DNA of 64,000 nt, taken from Sphingomonas sp. (GTDB lineage Bacteria; Pseudomonadota; Alphaproteobacteria; Sphingomonadales; Sphingomonadaceae). The position numbers were made by a program, and so were the translations under genes. The stretch covers positions 888 through 64,887 of the forward strand of contig NZ_JANPKO010000096.1 in assembly GCF_031426035.1 (NCBI RefSeq). The letters are read 5' to 3'. The notes under the pieces were generated by a model. That model worked only from the letters and a program-made list of their open reading frames with translations. It made no database searches and was not told the origin of the DNA. Positions 57,536 through 64,000 of this stretch are shown piece after piece (the stretch's first letter is position 1; every line of letters starts with the position of its first letter).

Positions 57536-58527
57536 GCCTGGACGATTATCCGCGCGGGTTCGCCTGCGTCGTCGGCGCGCCGCGCTGCGGCACCACGTCG
57601 CTGTCGCGCTATCTCGCCCGCCATCCGCAAATCTGCTTCGCCTCGGTCAAGGAGCCGCATTTCTTCGCCCAGTCGGATTTGTCCGACCTGCCCGAGGCCG
57701 AGCTGCGCGACCTTGTCGAGCACGAGTATCTTGAGCGCTTCTTCGCCCACTGCGCGGACCGCGACGCGGTGATGATGGAAGGCTCGGTCAGCTATCTGTA
57801 CGCCGCCGAGCGGATGCAGGCGATCTTGCGGCTGTGGCCGCAAGCGAAGTTCATCATCGCCCTGCGCGACCCGCTCAGGATGATCCCGTCGCTGCACCAG
57901 CGCCTGCTGTACACCGGCGATGAGACCGAGGCGGATTTTGCCCGCGCGTGGCGGCTGATCGGCGCGCGTCGGGCTGGGCGGAAAATCCCGCGCACCTGCC
58001 TCGACCCGCGCCTGCTCGACTATGAGGAGATCGGCCGGCTGGGCAAGCATGTCGCGGCGTTCTTCGCCGCGGTCGGGCGCGAGCGCTGCCACATCGTGAT
58101 CCATGACGATCTCGTCGCCGACCCGGGGGCGGCCTATCGCGGGGTACTGGCTTTTCTCGGCTTGCCCGACGACGGCCGGCGCAAGTTCGGCGCCAAGCGC
58201 GCGGGGCAGGGGTTCAAGCTGGGCTGGCTGCAGCGTGCGCTCAAGCGCCCGCCCGAACGGACCCGCACGCTGCTCGCCGGGAAACAATTCCGCCAGCGCG
58301 TCAAATCGCTCGATGGCAAGAAGGCCAAGGCCGGGCCGTCGCCGCTGGCCGAAGCAATCCTCGGCCTGCGCAAGCGCCTGCTGCGCTGGAACAAGGCGCC
58401 GGCCGAGCCAATCCGCGTCCCGCCCGATCTGCGCGCCGAGATTCGCGACACATTGGCCGCCGATATCGACCAACTCGGGACTCTGATCGGCCGCGACCTC
58501 GGCCACTGGCTGGGCCGGCGCGGCTGA
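57532..58527 (+). CDS. Sulfotransferase family protein
   Basis: GAPRCGTTSL 5'-PSB loop, KEPHFF, IALRDP 3'-PB motif. Confidence 0.9.
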   Translation: MSLDDYPRGFACVVGAPRCGTTSLSRYLARHPQICFASVKEPHFFAQSDLSDLPEAELRDLVEHEYLERFFAHCADRDAVMMEGSVSYLYAAERMQAILRLWPQAKFIIALRDPLRMIPSLHQRLLYTGDETEADFARAWRLIGARRAGRKIPRTCLDPRLLDYEEIGRLGKHVAAFFAAVGRERCHIVIHDDLVADPGAAYRGVLAFLGLPDDGRRKFGAKRAGQGFKLGWLQRALKRPPERTRTLLAGKQFRQRVKSLDGKKAKAGPSPLAEAILGLRKRLLRWNKAPAEPIRVPPDLRAEIRDTLAADIDQLGTLIGRDLGHWLGRRG

Positions 58528-58563
58528 GCTGGCTCCGCATCGGTGCGATTGGTCGCCGCCGCG

Positions 58564-58571
58564 TTAACCAT
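58564..58571 (+). promoter_or_regulatory. Possible CtrA half-site
   Basis: TTAACCAT upstream of the Sel1 gene. Confidence 0.4.
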
Positions 58572-58626
58572 TTGTTCGTGTTCACCTGATGAATTGCCCC
58601 CAACGAGCAAAATGGGGGACACGGTG

Positions 58627-58926
58627 ATGGGTGCAATCAGTCAAAAGAGCGCGGACTTCCTGATCCGCAGCCGCCTCGCGGACGCCGAGCGCGGCGATGT
58701 CGATGCCCTGTTCGAGCTTGGCGTGTCCTATTCCACCGGCCGCGGCGGCATCGCCGTCGACCTCGTCGAAGCCCACAAATGGTTCAACCTCGCGGCCCTC
58801 TCCGGCTGCACCCGCGGCCAGCAATGCCGCGCCGAAATCTCGGTCGAGATGACCGCCCGCGAAATCGCCGAAGCGCAGCGCCAGGCGCGCTCGTGGCTCG
58901 GCAGCCACCAGCGCTACGCGGCGTAA
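58627..58926 (+). CDS. Small Sel1-repeat protein
   Basis: ALFELGVSYSTG...DLVEAHKWFNLAA...EIAEAQRQAR. Confidence 0.88.
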   Translation: MGAISQKSADFLIRSRLADAERGDVDALFELGVSYSTGRGGIAVDLVEAHKWFNLAALSGCTRGQQCRAEISVEMTAREIAEAQRQARSWLGSHQRYAA

Positions 58927-58930
58927 TTTC

Positions 58931-59386
58931 CTAGCGAATCAGAAGAGTGACAACGCGCCGGTTGAGCGCCCATGCGCCTTCGCTGGCGCCGGCTACCGCA
59001 GGCCGTTCCTTGCCCCAGCTAACCACGCCCAACTGTCCCGGCGGCACTCCCAGCGAAATCAGATAATCGCGCACCGCACTGGCGCGTCGTTCGCCGACGC
59101 CGAGCGCATAATCGCGGGTGCGGCGCGGGTCGGCGTGGCCTTCGATGCTGGCGCGCACCTGCGGGTTCATGCGCAGCCAGCGCGCCTGCGCCGCCAGTGT
59201 CGTCCGCGCCGCCTGGTCGAGGCCGTGGCCGTCGCCGGAGAAATAGACCCGGTCCGAGCCCGACTGGGCAACGAACACGGGCTGGAGCGCGGCCTGATCG
59301 ACCAACGGCGGCGGCGGCACGCCGGGCTGGGTGAGCGCCGGAGCGGCGGCGGCGAGCAGGAGTGCTGCAGTGATCAGCCGGATCAT
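58931..59386 (-). CDS. Pal-like OmpA-domain protein without a lipobox
   Basis: IEGHADPR, YALGVGERRA, SWGKERP, NRR; no Cys in the signal region. Confidence 0.85.
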   Translation of the reverse strand: MIRLITAALLLAAAAPALTQPGVPPPPLVDQAALQPVFVAQSGSDRVYFSGDGHGLDQAARTTLAAQARWLRMNPQVRASIEGHADPRRTRDYALGVGERRASAVRDYLISLGVPPGQLGVVSWGKERPAVAGASEGAWALNRRVVTLLIR

Positions 59387-60711
59387 CGTTTTACCTCGTC
59401 CTGGACCGCCGACCAGTCGGCGTCCGAGCCGTCCTGCGGCGTGCCGACCCGGCGGTCGATGCCGCCATTGAGCGACACCGCGCGGAGCGACGTGCGTCCG
59501 CTGGCCGGATCGGTGCGGTGGAACAGGATGGTTTCGCCATTCGACGCCCAGCTCGGGCCCTCGTCCTGCCAGGCGTTGCTGATCACGCGCTCGTCAATGC
59601 CCGCAGGGCTGATCACCCCGATGGCGAGGTTGGGGCCGGTGATGCGGGTGAAGGCGATGAGGTCGCCGCGCGGGCTCCACGCCGGCGAGGCATAGCGCGA
59701 CGCGCCGAAGCTGATGCGTCGCTGGTCGCTGCCGTCGGCGTTCATGACATACAGCTGCTGCCCGCCCGAGCGGTCGCTTTCGAACACGATCTTGCTGCCG
59801 TCGGGAGAGAAACTGGGGCTGGTATCGACCCCGGGCATGGTGGTCAGGCGCTGCAGCCCGCCGCCGTCGGCGCCGACGACATAGATGTCGGTGTTGCCGT
59901 TGCTCGCCATCGAGAAGGCGATCTGGCGGCCGTCAGGCGAGAATCTCGGCGCGAAATTGATCCCCGTGCCGGGCACCAGCGCGCGCACCTGCGGCTGCTC
60001 CGCCGCGAGATCGACGATCTGCAAGGAGGTGCCGCCCGGGGTGAACGCGGTGTACGCCAGCCGGTCGCCGCGCGGCGACCAGCGCGGGGTCAGCACGGCG
60101 GTCTCGCCGGCGGTGACATAGCGGTGGTTGGAGCCATCGGCGTCCATCACCGCAATGCGCTTGACGCGGGCGGTCGGCGGCCCGCTTTCGGCGACATAGG
60201 CGATCGCGGTGTCGAACAGGCCGCGGTTGCCGGTCAGCTTGGCATAAGCCGCGTCCGAACAGCGGTGCGCCGCGCGGCGCCAGTCGGCGGGGGCGACGAC
60301 GAAGCCTTGGCGCGCCAGTTCGCGGCCGCTGGCGACGTCGAATACGTAGCAGGCAACGGTCAGCCGCCCGTCGGGCCGCGCTTCGACGAAGCCCGAGACC
60401 AGCGCCTTGGCGGCGGTTGCGCGCCACAGGCGGAACTGGGGCCCGGTCGCCTCGGCGAAACCATAGACGCGCGCGGTGTCGGGCCCGATCAGGGCGAAGC
60501 GGCCGGTGGTGGCAAGGTCGGCGGCGATCACCCCGGCGAGGTTGCGGCCGATCGTCGCCGTGTCGCCGGCGGCGGTTTTTTCCACATTCGGGGTTGGCAG
60601 CGGGGGGACGGCCAGGGGGATGATTGGCGGCGGCGCGGCGGTTTGGGCAGCGGCCGGCGCGGCTACAAGGCCGAGCGCGGCGATCAGTGGCAACAATAAG
60701 CGAATGGTCAT
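59383..60711 (-). CDS. tolB: TolB-family beta-propeller protein
   Basis: WRRAAHRCSD, IAYVAESG, repeated PxWSPxG/FSPDG blades. Confidence 0.9.
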   Translation of the reverse strand: MTIRLLLPLIAALGLVAAPAAAQTAAPPPIIPLAVPPLPTPNVEKTAAGDTATIGRNLAGVIAADLATTGRFALIGPDTARVYGFAEATGPQFRLWRATAAKALVSGFVEARPDGRLTVACYVFDVASGRELARQGFVVAPADWRRAAHRCSDAAYAKLTGNRGLFDTAIAYVAESGPPTARVKRIAVMDADGSNHRYVTAGETAVLTPRWSPRGDRLAYTAFTPGGTSLQIVDLAAEQPQVRALVPGTGINFAPRFSPDGRQIAFSMASNGNTDIYVVGADGGGLQRLTTMPGVDTSPSFSPDGSKIVFESDRSGGQQLYVMNADGSDQRRISFGASRYASPAWSPRGDLIAFTRITGPNLAIGVISPAGIDERVISNAWQDEGPSWASNGETILFHRTDPASGRTSLRAVSLNGGIDRRVGTPQDGSDADWSAVQDEVKR

Positions 60712-61166
60712 TCCCCTTGCCCGGCGATTTGTTTGAACCGCTCGACCCACGCCTTGGGCTGGCGCTGCGGCCGGCCGTCGGCGGACAGGAAAGCGGCGGT
60801 GACCCGCCCGTCGGTCAATGTTTCAGTCCCGCGCATGACTCGCTGATGAATATGCACCGAGGCGGCGCGGATGGCGTCGATCGTGCTGACCACGACCAGA
60901 TCGTCGCCGAGCCGCGCCGGACGCACATAGCGCAGGCTCACTTCGGCGACGGCATAGGCGCTGCCGGTGGCGGCGAGCTCGGCAGCCTGGTCGATCCCTG
61001 CCGCGCGCAGCATGTCCGATCGCGCGCGCTCCAGGAATTTGAGGTAGTTCGCGTAGTAGACGATGCCGAAGGTGTCGGTGTCCTCGAAATAGACGGTCAG
61101 CGCGAAGCGGTGCTCGGCCCCGTCAAAGCCGCCGCGGTAGGGGGTGTCGAGGGGGTGCGCGTCCAT
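60708..61166 (-). CDS. ybgC: YbgC/FadM acyl-CoA thioesterase
   Basis: VYFEDTD..GIVYYANYLKFLERARS. Confidence 0.9.
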   Translation of the reverse strand: MDAHPLDTPYRGGFDGAEHRFALTVYFEDTDTFGIVYYANYLKFLERARSDMLRAAGIDQAAELAATGSAYAVAEVSLRYVRPARLGDDLVVVSTIDAIRAASVHIHQRVMRGTETLTDGRVTAAFLSADGRPQRQPKAWVERFKQIAGQGE

Positions 61167-61315
61167 GCCGGCACCCTTAGCCAGCCGCGAGTCGCGGGCC
61201 AACCCTCGCCCGAGGGAGCGCGCTCAATTGGTCGCTCGAATCGGTTGACAAGGCCGAAAAAACCTTTGCAGTTCAAGCACCTCATTAATTCTGCGATTAA
61301 TGCGAAGGGACGAAT

Positions 61316-61819
61316 TTGGTCCGTCACCTGATCGGTTTGGGACTGCTTGCGGGAGGGGCTTCGATGGCGGTGGCGGGAACGGCTTCACCGGCGCTGATCG
61401 GGGTCCGGCGGGTGGTCATCGCATGCGAACCGAGCGTCGATCTCAGCGACGCCGAGCGGCGCGACATGTGCGACCAGCTGGTGCGCAAGGCCAGTCAGCT
61501 GACCAACCTCCCGGTGACCGCGGCAACCGCCGCCGACCTCGATCCGATGGGCTCTCGACACAGCCGCGAGCAGCTGATTTTGCGAGTCGAGACCACTGCC
61601 CGCACAGTCGATGCTGGGCGCAAAGCGGTGACATTCAAGGTGACTCCGCAGCGCCCGGCCCGTGCCATCGGCTCGCTGGCCCCGGTCACCTCGTCGGCAT
61701 CGCTGGTGCGGGTCCAGGGCGACTGGATTTTGCAAGGCCCGATCACTGCGTTCGGCAAGCTGCTGGGAACGTCCGGTTCACGCAAATTGCACACGCCGAT
61801 CACTTCGGATCAACCATAA
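61316..61819 (+). CDS. Secreted hypothetical protein
   Basis: TTG start, signal peptide, two cysteines. Confidence 0.6.
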   Translation: MVRHLIGLGLLAGGASMAVAGTASPALIGVRRVVIACEPSVDLSDAERRDMCDQLVRKASQLTNLPVTAATAADLDPMGSRHSREQLILRVETTARTVDAGRKAVTFKVTPQRPARAIGSLAPVTSSASLVRVQGDWILQGPITAFGKLLGTSGSRKLHTPITSDQP

Positions 61820-61844
61820 CGAATCAATTTGGGAGGGGAATGAC

Positions 61845-63410
61845 GTGCCTAATCAAGACGCTTTCGCGAGCCAGCATGCGTATGAGCCCGAAGTTTTGAC
61901 TGCTCCGAATACGCGCGCAGTCGACGCGCCCGACGCGACCGATATCTCGCTCGATCCTTATGCCGGCGGCGGGACCTACAACGGCCTCGACATCTACTCG
62001 CCCGAGGAAGCGGCGGACAATCTCAATCGCGCCGGGGTCAACTGGACGTTCGGCAATTTCGGCGCGCTCCACGATGGCGTGCTGACCTACGGTTTCTGGA
62101 CCGAAGAACAGATCCGCGACAGCTACTATCGCGAGCCCGGCGCGGTCACGATCCTCGCCGATTCCTTCTACATCAACCGCGGCGACTTCGCCGAGTTCAC
62201 TGCCGAGCAACAGGCGATGGCGATCCAGAACATCCAGCTGTGGGACGATTTGATCGCGGTCACTTTCCAGCAGGCGCCGGCGCCCGAAGCCGACATCACG
62301 TTCGGCTTCGTGCAGATGAGCCCGGCGGCCGGCGCGCACGCTTATTATCCGCAGGAAGAGGCGTTCAACGCCTATTACGGTACCGACGAGCTCGGCCAGA
62401 CCGGCGGCGACGTGTGGGCCAATCTGCTTTACCAGGACTCCTTTTCCGGGGCCAACACCGAGATCGGCGCCTACGGCTGGTTCGCCATCACTCACGAGCT
62501 CGGCCACAGCCTCGGTCTCGCGCATGGCGGCGACTATAACGCCAGCGACGACAATGACGGCGACGGCCAGCCCGACCCGATCACCTACGAGAACGACGCC
62601 TACTTCGCGCAGGACACCCAGCAATACACCATCATGAGCTACTTCGACGGTGCCTACACCGGCCAGGTAGCGGTGCGCTGGACCGCCACCACGGGCAGCT
62701 TCATGTATGCCCAGACTCCGGCGGTGCACGACATCCTCGCGGTGCAGAACGTGTACGGCGCCGACTACACCACCCGCGCCGGCGACACCGTCTACGGCTT
62801 CAACAGCACCGCCGACCGCGCGGTGTTCGATTTCTCAACCAACACCGCCCCGATCGTCACCATCTGGGACGGCGGCGGCAACGACACGCTCGACCTGTCG
62901 GGGTTCAATGCCGATAACGTCATCGACCTCCACGAAGGCGCGTTCAGCAGCGCCGGGTACGAGATAAACGCCGATTATTACGCAGCGCGCGCGGCGCGGC
63001 TGGGCTGGGACCAGGACGACTTCAACGCCTGGTACGCCGCGCTTGGGCTCGGTCCGGACGGACGCCCGGTGGACAATATCGCAATCGCCTATGGCGCGGT
63101 GATCGAGAACGCCATCGGCGGCAGCGGCAATGACGTGATCATCGGCAACCAGGCCAACAACCGGCTGACCGGCGGGGCGGGCGCCGACATCTTCGTGTTC
63201 GAGGATGACGGCTCGCGCGACACCATCACCGACTTCCGCTCGCGGGTCGACCGCATCGACCTCAGCGACCTCGACGTGACCCGCCGTGACGTCCGCTTCG
63301 ACGCGCGCACCGACACGCTGTGGATCGATACCGACGGGGTCGGCGGCTATGACATGAGCATCATCGTCCAGGGCCAGGACGTGAGCATCACGCGCGACAT
63401 TATTTTCTAG
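61845..63410 (+). CDS. Serralysin-like M10B metalloprotease
   Basis: HELGHSLGLAH, TIMSY Met-turn, GGSGND RTX repeats; GTG start with GGGAGG RBS. Confidence 0.93.
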   Translation: MPNQDAFASQHAYEPEVLTAPNTRAVDAPDATDISLDPYAGGGTYNGLDIYSPEEAADNLNRAGVNWTFGNFGALHDGVLTYGFWTEEQIRDSYYREPGAVTILADSFYINRGDFAEFTAEQQAMAIQNIQLWDDLIAVTFQQAPAPEADITFGFVQMSPAAGAHAYYPQEEAFNAYYGTDELGQTGGDVWANLLYQDSFSGANTEIGAYGWFAITHELGHSLGLAHGGDYNASDDNDGDGQPDPITYENDAYFAQDTQQYTIMSYFDGAYTGQVAVRWTATTGSFMYAQTPAVHDILAVQNVYGADYTTRAGDTVYGFNSTADRAVFDFSTNTAPIVTIWDGGGNDTLDLSGFNADNVIDLHEGAFSSAGYEINADYYAARAARLGWDQDDFNAWYAALGLGPDGRPVDNIAIAYGAVIENAIGGSGNDVIIGNQANNRLTGGAGADIFVFEDDGSRDTITDFRSRVDRIDLSDLDVTRRDVRFDARTDTLWIDTDGVGGYDMSIIVQGQDVSITRDIIF

Positions 63411-63430
63411 GTCGCATTGCTCGTAAAATG

Positions 63431-63466
63431 GGGCGCCGCGGGACAGTCCGCGGCGCCCTTTTTTTT
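63431..63466 (+). terminator. Rho-independent terminator
   Basis: GGGCGCCGCGG-GACAGT-CCGCGGCGCCC followed by T8. Confidence 0.88.
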
Positions 63467-63470
63467 GCGG

Positions 63471-64000
63471 CTACCGGCGCCCTGCCTGCTCGATCAGGCG
63501 CATGATGTCGCCCTGCACAATCGCCATGTCGGCGAGGTGCATGCCCCAGCCGGGGATGAAAAAGCCCATCGCTCCCACTTCGCCGCCGATGCGGTCGGTG
63601 CGCTGGTGGCCGGGGTCGGCGTTGGTGCGCACCGACAGATAGCCACGGCGGCCATCGTTGATGCAGCGCGCCGAAACCAGCCCTTCGGCGCGCAGCCACG
63701 GCGACGGCGGCGGGCCTTCGCTCGACCAGGTGATCGGCCCGCCGGGGACGGGCAGCGCCGAGCGCGCGTAAAAATAGCTGTCGAGCGTCTCCCATCCGCG
63801 CGAGCCGGGGCGCGCGGGGTTGGTGCAGGCGACGGTCATCCCGGCCGCCGGGGCGATGCCGAACATCGCGCCTTCGGGCGGCGGATTGTTAACCCGGAAG
63901 CTGGTCCAGCTGAGCACGCAGCCGGTCTCGCCGGGGCGGCTGCACAGCGGCGTCGAGCGCAGCGTGCCGCCGACCAGTTTTCCCTCAGGCACTAGCAAGT
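63471..64000 (-). CDS. DUF3089-family protein (3' part; 5' end outside the window)
   Basis: PLCSRPGETGCVLSWTSF, CTNP, WGMHLADMAIVQGD. Confidence 0.8.
   Translation of the reverse strand, partial: LLVPEGKLVGGTLRSTPLCSRPGETGCVLSWTSFRVNNPPPEGAMFGIAPAAGMTVACTNPARPGSRGWETLDSYFYARSALPVPGGPITWSSEGPPPSPWLRAEGLVSARCINDGRRGYLSVRTNADPGHQRTDRIGGEVGAMGFFIPGWGMHLADMAIVQGDIMRLIEQAGRR

Noticed and set aside
80-63995. Numerous long antisense or overlapping ORFs in the track (for example 9156-11732, 12796-15063, 24420-26543, 28330-31335, 50924-53386)
   Set aside because: Shadow frames of well-supported genes in high-GC DNA; Arg/Ala/Gly-rich with no motifs.

Overview
A high-GC alphaproteobacterial chromosomal segment, most likely Sphingomonadaceae. 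This is inferred from the class I LysRS, MipZ and the rpmF-plsX-fabH-ihfA-merR gene order. It has about 65 coding regions. Most are housekeeping or scavenging genes: eight peptidase-family genes, a LytS/LytTR pair, a PAS-GGDEF-EAL protein, a hybrid kinase, an arsR-arsC-aquaporin operon, dinG, pabB-pabC, pgm, panC and a ligase-associated Lhr/PdeM/exonuclease set. I recognised no tRNA, rRNA, CRISPR array, integrase or transposase. The most unusual part is a lower-GC island at about 45.9-49.7 kb. Three co-oriented accessory genes there are each followed by a copy of a 28-37 bp palindrome. Two copies overlap or directly abut the stop codon, and one carries attC-like RYYYAAC/GTTRRRY ends. The array is headed by 27-bp direct repeats and has no recombinase nearby, so it looks like a cassette array with unusually short sites. 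Other leads: twin AT-rich palindromes in a convergent intergenic gap, a YqcI/GntA-like heme hydroxylase coupled to DUF1989, ybgC-tolB-pal lacking tolQRA, a D42E MipZ, and an in-frame TAG in an M14 peptidase. Several isolated substitutions may be base-call errors. All family assignments come from motif recognition by eye; no searches were run.
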